64,000 bases of DNA from Alphaproteobacteria bacterium (GCA_026126245.1 JAHCJT010000001.1:11511-75510), one strand, 5' to 3'. Counted from the stretch's first letter, positions 47,043-57,486 are shown. Numbers and translations are program-made. The notes: generated by a model not told the origin, from the sequence alone.

Positions 47043-48167
47043 GTGGGCACACCGTTTCGCATGCTGCCAGTCGCTTTGGTTACCCTGACGATCTGGGGCG
47101 GCGAAACCGCGTTCGGCCAGCAGCCTCCCAGCAGCCCTACGCCCCGGATAGCGTCGCCCGAATGGTGGGAACGCTTCCTGTGGGACATGCGGATCACCGA
47201 CCTTGCCACCGTGCTCCTCGCGGTCGCGATCCTGCTCGCCATCATTATCCTCGGAACGCGCATGGGCCGACTGTGGAAGGCGGTCGACGGGCTTTGGAAG
47301 GTGGTCGAGGGCCAGAGGAGCGACATGCAGGTCTCGCTCGAGATCGCCCGCCAATCGGCGCATGCCGCGACCGATTCGGCGCAAGCCATCACGGCGCAAT
47401 CGGGCCAGATCACGGCCGCACTGGCGATTGCCGAGAATGCCGCGACGGCCGCTGATGAGTCCTCCCGGGCGACCGCCGAATCGATCCGGGTTATCGCGGC
47501 TCAGGCCGGCCAGGTGACGTCGTCGCTGGGTCTGGCCGAAACAGCCGCCGCGGCGGCCGATGTGTCTGCCAAGGCCGCCCTGCAGGCGGCCACGGCGGCG
47601 GAGAAGCAATTGACCGATCTGACTGCGTCGGTCACGCGGGCCCGCGACGCGGCCGACAGCGCCAGGGAACTGGCCACCGCCGCCAAGCAACAGGCCGACA
47701 CCGCCGTCGCGGTCGATCGGCCGCATGTGTTTGTCAGCGGGCTGCGGCTGCACGGGCTGAAGCAGCCGCCGGACGCTCAGGGCCTCGTGCCCGTGTCCAT
47801 GACCTACGAATTCGCGAACTACGGCCGAAGCCCGGCGGTCATCCGGGGCATCTTTCTGTCCGTCGGCACCAATCCGCCGCCCGATACGCCAACCTATGGG
47901 GCGCCGAACACGGTTCGGCAGGTGATCCCGGTTCACGGCGTCTTCCGCTCGGTCCGTCCTGTCGAGGTCTTCCGCCTGCCGCCGGCAGTCATCGCCAAGG
48001 TGCAGAGCTCAGAAACGCCGGTGGTGGCCTACGGCTATGTCGACTACACGGACCCGTTCGGCCACGAGCACCGCAGCGCGTTTCTGTATGAGTTCTCGTT
48101 CCGTGATGCCGACGAGAGCGCCGGCTTCCACCCGGCCGGGCTCGATGCCTTCTGGCACTATTCCTGA
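47043..48167 (+). CDS. Hypothetical membrane-anchored coiled-coil protein
   Basis: Signal-like N-terminus, TM helix, Ala-rich repeats, beta-rich C-terminal domain (NYGRSPA...YGYVDYTDPFG); start 47043 or 47061. Confidence 0.82.
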   Translation: MGTPFRMLPVALVTLTIWGGETAFGQQPPSSPTPRIASPEWWERFLWDMRITDLATVLLAVAILLAIIILGTRMGRLWKAVDGLWKVVEGQRSDMQVSLEIARQSAHAATDSAQAITAQSGQITAALAIAENAATAADESSRATAESIRVIAAQAGQVTSSLGLAETAAAAADVSAKAALQAATAAEKQLTDLTASVTRARDAADSARELATAAKQQADTAVAVDRPHVFVSGLRLHGLKQPPDAQGLVPVSMTYEFANYGRSPAVIRGIFLSVGTNPPPDTPTYGAPNTVRQVIPVHGVFRSVRPVEVFRLPPAVIAKVQSSETPVVAYGYVDYTDPFGHEHRSAFLYEFSFRDADESAGFHPAGLDAFWHYS

Positions 48168-48387
48168 TTGCTGAACGGCGGCCGCTCGTCGGCAGCTGCG
48201 GCCAACCTCGGGACCGCCGGCCGCCCGGCCATCCTGTCGACACGCGTCGGTCCGCCACAAAACGGCGGTCAATTGAGGCGCGCGCCCCGCGGGCCACCTG
48301 ACCATCGACGGATCGAGATCGGCGGGCGACTCGGCACGCGCCCCGTCACGTCGCGCGGCCGCCTGACACTGGCCGCCCTCCGCGACC

Positions 48388-51300
48388 CTATTGCTTTTCG
48401 GCGTCGAGGCTGCGCTGTTGCTGGTCAAACCTCGCCAGCGCCGGCGCCGCCTGCTGCCAGAGCGTCGCCAGTTGCGCCGCCGTCAGGTAGCCGGTTTCCG
48501 GCAATCCCTGCTTCTTCTGCCACGCCGTGATCATCGCCCGGGTGCGCGGACCGATGTAGCCGGTGGTGGCGCCCACCACGTGGCCCAGCGACGACAGGGC
48601 CACCTGTACGCGCTTGCGATCCTGCTCGGACAGGCGCAGCGCGGCTTCCTCGGCCTCGGCCTGACGGAGATCGCTTTCCGGCCGCTTCTGTTCCGCGTCG
48701 TAGCGGGCCAGCGCCTGCGCCGCCTGCTGCTGCAGCAGGGTGTATTGCGCCTCGTTCAGGTAGCCCGTTTCCGGCAGGCCCTGCTTCTTCTGCCACGCTG
48801 TGATCATCGCCCGGGTGCGCGGACCGATGAAACCGGTCGTGGCACCGACGACATGGCCCAGCGACGACAATGCCACCTGCACGCGCTTGCGGTCGTCTTC
48901 GCCCAGGTTCAACGCCGCCTCGGCGGCCTCGGCGCGCCGCGGGTCGAGTTCGGCTTTGCGCTTCTCCGCTTCGAGCCTCTTCTCCTCTTCCGCGCGCTTG
49001 GCCTGGGTCACTTGCTGATCCAGGGCCGCGAGCTGGGCTGCGTCGAGGAAGCCCGTTTCGGGAAGTCCCTGCGTCTTTTGCCAGGCGGCGATCATCGTTC
49101 GCGTGCGCGGTCCGAAATAGCCGGTCGCCGCGCCGATGTCGTGGCCGAGCAGAATCAGACCCGCCTGCACTCGCTTGCGGTCCTGGTCGGACATGTTCAG
49201 CGCGGCTTCCGCGGCTTCGGGCCGCTGTGGCTTGGCCTCGGGCTTGTGCTTGTCGTCTGCCGGCTTGCCCGGCTCATGATCGTCCTTGGCCAGCGCCGGC
49301 GCGGCCTGGAGCTGCAACGCCGTCAGCTGCAGTGACGTCAGGTGACCTGTCTGCGGCAAGCCCAGCTTCTTCTGCCACGCCGCGATCATCGCGCGGGTGC
49401 GCGGCCCGAAGTAACCGGTGGCCGCCCCGACGTCGTGACCCAGCGCGATCAGGGCCATCTGCACGCGCTTGCGATCCTCTTCCGACAGATTGAGAGCCGC
49501 CTCGGCTGCCTCGGCCTGTTGCTGCCTTTCGGCTTCGGATGTCGGACTGGACTCGGCCTCGCTCTGCGCCGCTTCCTCCGCCATGCGCCGCGCGGCTTCC
49601 GCGACCTGGCGACGAACGTCCGCCGCCGCCCGGGCACGCATTTCCGCTTCGGCCTGCTCGCGGGCAGCCGCCTCGACACGGGCTTTCTCTTCGGCAAGGC
49701 GGCGCGCCTCTTCCTCGCGCTGCCTTGCCGCGGCTTCCGCGACCGCCGCCTGCTCCTCAGCCTTGCGCTTGGCCTCAGCCTCAAGGCGGGCACGCTCCTC
49801 GGCCTGGCGACGGGCCGCCTCGGCGGCCTCGCGCGCGGCAATCTCCTCTTCCCGTCGACGCGCTTCCGCCGCTGCAGCGGCCTTTTCTTCAGCCACCCGG
49901 CGCGCCGCCGCCTCGGCGGCCGCCTTCTCCTCGGCGGCCCGGCGTGTCGCCTCTTCCTGCGCCTTGCGCGCCGCTTCGGCCGCCGCAACACGTTGCCGCT
50001 CGGCCTCTTCGGCCTGACGACGCGCTGCCAGCTCGGCGGCCTGCTTCTCGGCCGCCGCCTTCTCCTCCGCCGCGCGGCGTGCCGCGTCTTCCTGCGCCTT
50101 GCGCGCCGCTTCAGCCGCCGCAGCACGCTGCCGTTCGACCTCGTCGGCCCGACGACGCGCCGCCAGCTCGGCCGCCTGCTTCTCGGCCGCCGCCTTCTCC
50201 TCCGTTGCCCGACGAGCCGCGTCTTCCTGTGCCTTGCGCGCCGCCTCGGCCGCTGCGGCACGCTGCTTTTCGGCATCATCCGATCGACGACGCGCCGCAA
50301 CTTCGGCCGCCTGCTTTTCTTCCGCCGCCTTGCGCTGCGCAGCCTCGGCCGCCACCTTTTCGTCGGAAGCGCGCCGGGCCGCTTCTTCCTGCGCCTTGCG
50401 CGCCGCCTCGGCGGCCCGGCGGCGCGACTCCTCGTCCTGCACGGGTGGCGCCGCTGCCGGACCAGATTCCGTCGTGTCTGCTACCGTCTTATGCGGGGTT
50501 GGACCGGTGCTCGTGGAATGCGGCGCCAGCACAAGCCACGCGCCGGCAAGCGCTGCCGCCAGCGCGCCGATGCCGGCACCGACGGCAGCCGCCCGCATGC
50601 TGCGATGCCCGACGCCATCGCGTGCAGCAACTGGCGCTGCTGCCCGCCGCGGCTTCAGGGGAGTCGGCACCGGTGTCTCGACGCGCGGCGGTACCTCGAC
50701 GCGAGGCGGCGGTGCCTCGACGCGGGGCGCCGCGGGCTCGACGCGCGGTGGCGCCGGTTCGACGCGCGGTGCGACAGGCTCGACGCGTGGCGCCACGGTT
50801 TCAGCCGGCCGGACCGGTACTTCGACCGTCGGCGCCCCTTCCTGGATCTGCCGCCATGCCGCGACCGATTGTGGCCGGCCGGCGGGGTCCAGCATCAACC
50901 CCTGGTCAATCGCCGCCAGCAGGCCGGGCGCGTAGCGGCCCTTGCCCAGGTCGGTCGCGGACACCAGCGCGTCGCCTTGCGCCCGTCCGGCGGCACTCTG
51001 CGGCGCCAAACCGGCAACGCAGTGGTAGAGCGTCGCGGCCAGGCCGTAGAGGTCGGTCCATGGACCCTGCTGCGGCGTCGGCGCCTGTTCCGGCGCGGCG
51101 TAGGGCGAGGAAAAGCCGCCGGTTATCGATTGCAGGCGCCGGACCAGGGCACTGCGCGCCCCGGCGAAGTCGACCAGTGTCGGCTGTCCGCTGCCGTCGA
51201 GGTAGATGCTGGCAGGGCTGATGTCGCCATGCACGACGTCGGCATCGTGCAGCGCCTGCAGCCCGTCCAGCAGAGGCGCCAAAAGCCGGTCAATGGCCGC

Positions 51301-51753
51301 CTGCGGTAGCGCCCGGTCGCGTTGCAGGCGCAACTCCAGAGTCTGGCCGCCGACCAGCGGCATCACCATGTAGGCTGTGCCGTTGTCCTCGAAGACGTCA
51401 TGGACCCTGACAATGGCCGGCGCCGCATCGAGGCGGGCCAGCGCCCGCGCTTCCTCGAGGAAACGGCTACGGCCCCACTGGAACACCTCGACCGTGTCGC
51501 CCGACGCCGGCACCACAAGGCGTCCCGCCTGCCGCCGGGCCAGCGCGGTCGGCATGAATTCCTTGATGGCGACGTCCTGATGGAGCAGCGAATCGCGCGC
51601 GCGATACGTGACGCCGAAGCCGCCGCGGCCCAGCGGGGACACGATCACGTACTTGCCAAGTCGCGTACCGAGCCGCAGCGGATCAAAGGGATCGCCCTCG
51701 TCACGCCGCAGCGCGTCCGCTCGCGCTGTCGGACGATCGCCTGCCATCATCAC
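48388..51753 (-). CDS. Hanks-type Ser/Thr kinase-like membrane protein with TolA-like stalk and four peptidoglycan-binding repeats
   Basis: GRGGFGVTY, VAIKE, HGDISPAS, DFA, YAAPE, TDLYGL; TM helix; E/A/R/K repeats; 4 C-terminal PG_binding_1-like repeats. Confidence 0.92.
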   Translation of the reverse strand: MMMAGDRPTARADALRRDEGDPFDPLRLGTRLGKYVIVSPLGRGGFGVTYRARDSLLHQDVAIKEFMPTALARRQAGRLVVPASGDTVEVFQWGRSRFLEEARALARLDAAPAIVRVHDVFEDNGTAYMVMPLVGGQTLELRLQRDRALPQAAIDRLLAPLLDGLQALHDADVVHGDISPASIYLDGSGQPTLVDFAGARSALVRRLQSITGGFSSPYAAPEQAPTPQQGPWTDLYGLAATLYHCVAGLAPQSAAGRAQGDALVSATDLGKGRYAPGLLAAIDQGLMLDPAGRPQSVAAWRQIQEGAPTVEVPVRPAETVAPRVEPVAPRVEPAPPRVEPAAPRVEAPPPRVEVPPRVETPVPTPLKPRRAAAPVAARDGVGHRSMRAAAVGAGIGALAAALAGAWLVLAPHSTSTGPTPHKTVADTTESGPAAAPPVQDEESRRRAAEAARKAQEEAARRASDEKVAAEAAQRKAAEEKQAAEVAARRRSDDAEKQRAAAAEAARKAQEDAARRATEEKAAAEKQAAELAARRRADEVERQRAAAAEAARKAQEDAARRAAEEKAAAEKQAAELAARRQAEEAERQRVAAAEAARKAQEEATRRAAEEKAAAEAAARRVAEEKAAAAAEARRREEEIAAREAAEAARRQAEERARLEAEAKRKAEEQAAVAEAAARQREEEARRLAEEKARVEAAAREQAEAEMRARAAADVRRQVAEAARRMAEEAAQSEAESSPTSEAERQQQAEAAEAALNLSEEDRKRVQMALIALGHDVGAATGYFGPRTRAMIAAWQKKLGLPQTGHLTSLQLTALQLQAAPALAKDDHEPGKPADDKHKPEAKPQRPEAAEAALNMSDQDRKRVQAGLILLGHDIGAATGYFGPRTRTMIAAWQKTQGLPETGFLDAAQLAALDQQVTQAKRAEEEKRLEAEKRKAELDPRRAEAAEAALNLGEDDRKRVQVALSSLGHVVGATTGFIGPRTRAMITAWQKKQGLPETGYLNEAQYTLLQQQAAQALARYDAEQKRPESDLRQAEAEEAALRLSEQDRKRVQVALSSLGHVVGATTGYIGPRTRAMITAWQKKQGLPETGYLTAAQLATLWQQAAPALARFDQQQRSLDAEKQ
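49900..50420 (-). repeat. Coding tandem repeat, 135-bp (45-aa) unit
   Basis: GCCTTGCGCGCCGC recurs at 49961, 50096, 50231, 50393 (spacing 135, 135, 162). Confidence 0.85.
50675..50795 (-). repeat. Coding tandem repeat, 21-bp unit (xPRVEPx), six copies
   Basis: TCGACGCG at 50678, 50696, 50717, 50738, 50759, 50780. Confidence 0.85.
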
Positions 51754-51985
51754 AATCCCCCAACCGGGCCGGATGATCTATCAATTGGCGGAGCGCTGCA
51801 AGGCAATGCGCCGACTTCGTGCCTCGCGCGCTGCGACGTTATGCCCTCGCAGCCTCGGCGCATCGCGCCGGCTTCCACAAAAAAGCCATTAATTTCCCGC
51901 CGACGGCGGTGATCCGGCGGCGCGCCCCGCCGGCGCCCGGAACCGGACGGACGGCGCGACGTCCCCGCGAGGCCAGCGTCTGCCG

Positions 51986-53575
51986 TCAGTCCGCCGCCGC
52001 GGGATGCGCCGCTGCGGCCCGCGCGTCGCGGCGCTGAGAGCGCGACAGGATCCAGGCCGGCACCAGCGCCACCAGCGCCACGCCCGCGACAACCAGGAAT
52101 GTGTCCTGGAATGCCAGTGCCACGCTCTGCGCCTGCACGACGTTGCCGAGGAATTCAAGCGCGCCGGCACGCTGCACCTGCTCCGGCAAGCCGGCAACGT
52201 GCAGCAGCACCTTGACTTGCCCGATCAGCCGGTCGCTGGTGTGATTGGCATAATCCTGCGTGGCGGTCAGCGCCTCGGCATGAAAGCGCGTGCGGGTCTC
52301 GAGGAAGGCCACGAACAGGATCGTGCCGAAGGCACCGCCGAGCTGCCGGATGAAGTTGGCGGCCCCGGCGCCCTGGCGGACGCGGTCCGGCGGCAGCGCC
52401 TTGAGCGCCGACGCGTTGAGGCTGGGGTTGATGAACCCCAGCCCCAGGCGCGACATCATGGTGATGCCGGCCAGTGTCCAGAACGTGGTGTTGACGTCGG
52501 CATCGCTCATGAAGTGGAAGCCGAGCGCGAAGATCAGCAGGCCGCCCATCACCATCAGCGCCGGCGGCAGGGCGTCGGCCATGCGACCGGCCGTCGGGAA
52601 GATCACCGCCAGCATGATGCCGGCCGGCATCATCATCAGACCGGCCAGCAGCGGCGTGAACCCCTGCACCGTCTGCACGAAAACCGGCACCAGATACGTC
52701 GAGCCCAGCATGCCGGCGCCGAAGATGAAGGCCACGACCGCCGCCGCGGCGAATTCACGATTGGCGAACATGCGGACGTCGAGCAGCGGCTTCTGGACCT
52801 TCAGCTCCCACAGCACGAATGCCACAGTCGACACCGCGCCGACGGCGAGGCGGAACGTGATCGGGTCGGAATCCCAGCCTTCGCGCTGGCCGTTCGCCAG
52901 ACCGGTCATCAAGCCGAACAAGCCGGCGCACATCAGGATGAAACCCAGCCAGTCGAACGACGGCAACGTCTTCGGCAGCGGTCGGGTCGCCATGAAGATG
53001 GACGACAGAATGGCGGCCAGCAGGCTGAACGGCAGGGCAACGAAAAACACGTAGCGCCACGAGAAGTATTCGATCATCAGGCCGCCCAGGGTCGGCCCGA
53101 TCGCCGGCGCGAACACCACGCCCAGCCCGAAGACGCCCATCGCCGAGCCGCGCCGCTCGGCCGGAAACACGGAAAAGATCGTCGCCATCACCAAGGGCTG
53201 ACCGACGCCGGCGGAGAAACCCTGCATCACGCGTGCGAAGATCAGCACGTCCTCGTTCGGTGCCGAGCCGCCCAAGATGGCGCCGCAGGAGAACAAGGCC
53301 AGCGCGCTGATGAACGTCCGCCGCTCGCCCAGCACGCCGGTGATCCAGGCGTTCATCACCATGCCGGCTGTCATGCAGGCCATGTAGGCCGACGACATCC
53401 ACTGCGCCTTGTCCTGGCCGATGCCGAAGGCACCCATCACGTCGGGCACGGCGACGTTCACCGTCGTCATGCTGAGCACCATGCTGAGCACGCCCATCAT
53501 GCCGGCGCCGGTCACCAGCCAGCGGTAGGCGGAGCCATAGCGCTCGGCCAGCACCTCGACGCTATCGTAGGTCAA
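51986..53575 (-). CDS. DHA2 family (EmrB/QacA) MFS efflux permease
   Basis: TTVNVAVP, RVMQG, APAIGPTLGG, WRYVFF, RQLGGAFG; TTG start overlapping upstream gene. Confidence 0.94.
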   Translation of the reverse strand: MTYDSVEVLAERYGSAYRWLVTGAGMMGVLSMVLSMTTVNVAVPDVMGAFGIGQDKAQWMSSAYMACMTAGMVMNAWITGVLGERRTFISALALFSCGAILGGSAPNEDVLIFARVMQGFSAGVGQPLVMATIFSVFPAERRGSAMGVFGLGVVFAPAIGPTLGGLMIEYFSWRYVFFVALPFSLLAAILSSIFMATRPLPKTLPSFDWLGFILMCAGLFGLMTGLANGQREGWDSDPITFRLAVGAVSTVAFVLWELKVQKPLLDVRMFANREFAAAAVVAFIFGAGMLGSTYLVPVFVQTVQGFTPLLAGLMMMPAGIMLAVIFPTAGRMADALPPALMVMGGLLIFALGFHFMSDADVNTTFWTLAGITMMSRLGLGFINPSLNASALKALPPDRVRQGAGAANFIRQLGGAFGTILFVAFLETRTRFHAEALTATQDYANHTSDRLIGQVKVLLHVAGLPEQVQRAGALEFLGNVVQAQSVALAFQDTFLVVAGVALVALVPAWILSRSQRRDARAAAAHPAAAD

Positions 53576-54746
53576 TCTTGACCTCCACCATCATGCCCGG
53601 CACGAGGTTCCTCGGCGCCTCGATGATGTCGATCTTGACCGGCACGCGCTGAGTGATCTTGGTGAAATTGCCCGACGGATTCGGTGTCGGCAGCAGCGCA
53701 AAACGTGCCGTGGTGGCGCTGCCGATGCGCGCCACGCGCCCCTTGAAGGTATGGTCGGGAAACGCGTCCACCGCGATCTCGACGGGCTGGCCGATCTTCA
53801 GATGACGCAGGTGGGTTTCCTTGATGTTGGCCTCGACCCAGACGTCGGTCGGATTGTGCATCAGCAGGATCCGCTGGCCGGAACTGACATACTCGCCGAC
53901 CACGACGAAGGTGCGGTCGACAATCGCCGGCAGCGGGCTCTTGATGGTGCGGTCCTCGACGTCCACCAGCTGCTGGCGCAACTGGGCCTGCAGGTTGGCC
54001 TCGGCATAGTCGAGGCCGGCAAGCTGGCCGTCGATCACCGCCAGACGGTCGCGTTCACCCTGCGCCTCGGCAAGCGACCCTTCAGCCTGTTCGCGCTCGG
54101 CGTCCATGCGCCGGCGCGTGTTCTCCAGCCGCGTGACGTTGGCCTGTGCCGTCTCCAGTTGCTTGTCGGTGATGACACGGCGCTCGTAGAGCTGCCGGCT
54201 GCGCTCCAGCTCCTGCTGCGCCAGCAGAATGTCGGAGTCGAGCGCCGCGCGCGCCGCTTCGCTGGCCCGCACCGCCGATTCGCGTGTCCGCGCCTTGGCA
54301 TCGGCCTGGTTTGCAATCATGCGCCGCTCGGCCTGCAGACGCGAGCGGTCGGCACGGACCGCCATGATCTGGGAGCGCAAGGCCTCGGCACGCAGCTTGG
54401 CCACGCGGTCGTCGATGCGGATGATGACCTGCCCGGCGTCCACCTTGGCGCCCTCGGTCGCCGGCATTTCGAGCACCCAGCCGTCCGCACGGCTCGACAT
54501 CGTGACCATGTCCGCCGTGACGCGCGCGTCCGATTCGTAGACGTGCGTCGCGCGCATGTAGACCTCGATGCTGCCATACGACAGCGCGGCGAGCGCCACC
54601 ACGGCGATCACCGCCAAACGCGCCGAGCGGGCGACGAGACGAGGCCTCCGCATCCGAACATTCCCCGCGACCGGCGCAGTGCGTTGCGCGCCGGCCCGGG
54701 TCGATCCTGTGGCCGCACGCAGCCGCGTCAAGGCCGCGCCCTGCAT
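53562..54746 (-). CDS. HlyD/EmrA family membrane fusion protein
   Basis: WVEANIKET, VDAFP, SGNFTKITQRVPVKI, PGMMVEV; start uncertain (54746 or 54653). Confidence 0.93.
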   Translation of the reverse strand: MQGAALTRLRAATGSTRAGAQRTAPVAGNVRMRRPRLVARSARLAVIAVVALAALSYGSIEVYMRATHVYESDARVTADMVTMSSRADGWVLEMPATEGAKVDAGQVIIRIDDRVAKLRAEALRSQIMAVRADRSRLQAERRMIANQADAKARTRESAVRASEAARAALDSDILLAQQELERSRQLYERRVITDKQLETAQANVTRLENTRRRMDAEREQAEGSLAEAQGERDRLAVIDGQLAGLDYAEANLQAQLRQQLVDVEDRTIKSPLPAIVDRTFVVVGEYVSSGQRILLMHNPTDVWVEANIKETHLRHLKIGQPVEIAVDAFPDHTFKGRVARIGSATTARFALLPTPNPSGNFTKITQRVPVKIDIIEAPRNLVPGMMVEVKIDLR

Positions 54747-55013
54747 TGCTGCCGAGCCTGTGGCGGGGATCGTTCGGTCAGGCGGGCCGCCCGCGCGGCG
54801 ATGCTGAGGTCGGCGGCCGCGGCGCGCCATGTGGCGGTGCCACCGCTGCCCGCGCAAAACCTCGACCAGCGGTATGCATCACGCAATCTTGACCAGCTGC
54901 GCGTCGCCCCGACAAGATGACAAACGGGAATAACCCGGCAATTCCAGTAGTCGGACTGGCGGCGCGCGCGCTGGCTCGACAACAAGACACGAACCGGGGC
55001 GAGGCTGTAAGCC

Positions 55014-56615
55014 ATGGCTGTCGAGAGCGAATGCGACTACATCATCGTCGGCGGCGGCTCGGCCGGCGCGGCGCTCGCGTCGAGATTGACCGAGGACTCT
55101 CGGGTACGCGTGCTGCTGCTCGAGGCCGGACGCGCCAGCCATCCGTGGTCGCGGCTGCCGGTCAGCTTCGGCCTGCTGATCGACAACCCGGCGGCAAATT
55201 GGCGCTTCCGCTCCGAGCCCGAGCCCGGCACGGCCAATCGCGAGATCCCGGTGCCGCGCGGCAAGCTGCTGGGTGGTTCCAGTTCGATCAACGGCCTGGT
55301 GTTCGTGCGCGGCCAGCCGCTCGACTACGACACCTGGGCTCAGATGGGCAACCGCGGCTGGAGCTGGCAAGAGGTCATGCCGATCTTCCGCCGCATGGAG
55401 ACCTTCGAAGGCGGCGGCAGCGACACGCGCGGCGCGAGCGGTCCGCTGCGCGTCTCGGAAGTGCCGGACCAGAACCCGCTGTACGACGCCCTGTTCGCGG
55501 CCGCAGTTGCCGCCGGCTACAAGCGCAATGCGGACTACAACAGCCCCGACCAGGAGGGCATCGTCAAGACTCAGGCGACGATCAGCAGAGGTCGGCGCAT
55601 GAGCACGGCGCATTGCTACCTGCAGCCGGCCATGGACAGGCCGAACCTGCGCGTCGTCACCGAGGCGCACGTCCAGCGATTGCTGCTTGAGGGCAAGAAG
55701 AGCGTCGGCGTCGTCTACGAGCATGGCGGCCGCGTCCTCGAGGCGCGCGCCGGCCGCGAGACGATTCTCTCGGCCGGCGCGGTCAAGACGCCGCAGATCC
55801 TGGAGCTTTCCGGCATCGGCCGGCCCGACGTGCTGCAGGCGCACGGCATTGCCGTGCAGCACGAGCTGCCGGCTGTCGGCGAGAACTTCAGGGACCACAT
55901 CAACGCACGCATCCAGTGGCGCATCAACGCCCGCGGCGTCTCTTACAACGAGAGGGCACGCGGCCTGGGCCTGGTCGGACAGGTCTTCCAGTACCTGACC
56001 ACCGGTGGCGGCTTCCTCAGCCTGCCGTCGGCGCCACTGCTGGCATTCCTCAGGACGCGTCCGGAACTCGAGACGCCTGACGTCCAGTTGCACCTCGTGC
56101 CCTATGCGGTGAAGGACCCCAAGCGCCGCAAACTGCACCCGTTCCCGAGCATGACGGTGGCCTGCTACCAGCTTCGTCCCGAAAGCCTCGGGTCGATCCA
56201 CATCAGGTCGGCCGATCCCAATGTCGAGCCGGCGATCCGTTTCAACTTCCTGGCCGATCCCATCGATCAGCGCGCCATGGTCGACGGTTTCCGCATGATG
56301 CGCCGGATCGTCGAGGCGCCGCCGATGGATGCTTTCCGCGGCGAGGAGTATTCCCCGGGCAAGGGCGTCGAAAGCGACAGCGACATCCTGGGCTGGATCC
56401 GCAACAATTCGGAGACGGCCTATCATCCGATCGGCACCTGTCGCATGGGCCCCGGCCCCAACGCCGTGGTCGACGATCATCTGAAGGTGCACGGCCTGGC
56501 CGGCCTGCGGATCGCCGACGCATCGATCATGCCGACCATGCCGTCCGGCAATACCAATGGTCCCTGCATCATGGTCGGCGAAAAGGCCGCCGATCTGCTG
56601 GCCAGCGCCGGATGA
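55014..56615 (+). CDS. GMC oxidoreductase (choline dehydrogenase-like)
   Basis: DYIIVGGGSAG, RGKLLGGSSSING, LSGIG, YHPIGTCRMG, DASIMP, GNTN. Confidence 0.95.
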   Translation: MAVESECDYIIVGGGSAGAALASRLTEDSRVRVLLLEAGRASHPWSRLPVSFGLLIDNPAANWRFRSEPEPGTANREIPVPRGKLLGGSSSINGLVFVRGQPLDYDTWAQMGNRGWSWQEVMPIFRRMETFEGGGSDTRGASGPLRVSEVPDQNPLYDALFAAAVAAGYKRNADYNSPDQEGIVKTQATISRGRRMSTAHCYLQPAMDRPNLRVVTEAHVQRLLLEGKKSVGVVYEHGGRVLEARAGRETILSAGAVKTPQILELSGIGRPDVLQAHGIAVQHELPAVGENFRDHINARIQWRINARGVSYNERARGLGLVGQVFQYLTTGGGFLSLPSAPLLAFLRTRPELETPDVQLHLVPYAVKDPKRRKLHPFPSMTVACYQLRPESLGSIHIRSADPNVEPAIRFNFLADPIDQRAMVDGFRMMRRIVEAPPMDAFRGEEYSPGKGVESDSDILGWIRNNSETAYHPIGTCRMGPGPNAVVDDHLKVHGLAGLRIADASIMPTMPSGNTNGPCIMVGEKAADLLASAG

Positions 56616-56937
56616 GCGGCGATACTGGGCATCGGACACGGCCGAGGCCGATGCCGGCCGGGCGGCCAGGCAGCGACGACGGCCGCCGCCCCAGCCGATG
56701 GGCCGCTAGGCATCACTGGTCGGATTGGCCGCGATCCGTGGTTTTGGCGCCACCGTCCACGAGCGTTCTTCAGGATGAAATTGCTTCATTTCCAGTGCTT
56801 TGATCTGTTATTCTGATTTAGCTGTTCATATTGATATTGCAGTTGCGTGCTAGAATTATGCTCGCCGTTTGAACGATCGTGGCGGCGGGGTTAGTGGTGC
56901 GGTTGCTGGTCGGCGGTGCCGGTCACGAAGGCAGGTC

Positions 56938-57486
56938 ATGCTCGGAACGTTCACCTTCTGCTGGAGGCTCTGCGGTTGTCTTCTCGCGGTGCCGCTGGCG
57001 TTCGGGTTGTCGGCCTGCAGCCAACCCGTACAGGAAGAGCCGCCGCTACCGATCGTCGAGGCCCCCAAGTCGCCGCCGCGTCCGGCGCCGCCCAAACCGG
57101 CGCCGACGGCCCAAGCGAGCCGGGCGGAGACCCGCTTCACAACGTCCGATACGACCAACGGCAATCTGCCGTCGACGGCGACGGTCAAGCCGCCCGAACC
57201 GCAGGAGATGACCGAACCGACACCGCAGCAGGTGCCGTCGCTGGCCGGATTGACCGAACAAGAAGTGACGCGTCGCTTCGGCCCGCCGACCTCGGTGCGC
57301 AAGACCCCGGCGGCGAGCATTTGGACCTACCGCGACGAGTCCTGCACACTGGAATTGTTCCTGTTCACCGACATGCGATCGGGGGGCCAGAAGGTTCTCA
57401 CCTACCAGCTCAGCGGCAGCGGACGCGACATCCTCGGAGATCGCGGCTGCCTGGAACGGTTGGGAAGTCATGGTAAGGCAGGCTAG
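56938..57486 (+). CDS. Putative lipoprotein with Pro-rich linker and SmpA/BamE-like C-terminal domain
   Basis: Lipobox LSAC, GLTEQEVTRRFGPP...WTY; overlaps start of response regulator. Confidence 0.8.
   Translation: MLGTFTFCWRLCGCLLAVPLAFGLSACSQPVQEEPPLPIVEAPKSPPRPAPPKPAPTAQASRAETRFTTSDTTNGNLPSTATVKPPEPQEMTEPTPQQVPSLAGLTEQEVTRRFGPPTSVRKTPAASIWTYRDESCTLELFLFTDMRSGGQKVLTYQLSGSGRDILGDRGCLERLGSHGKAG

Noticed and set aside
50675-50795. CRISPR-like short repeat array
   Set aside because: In-frame coding repeats of 21 bp without unique spacers; no cas genes
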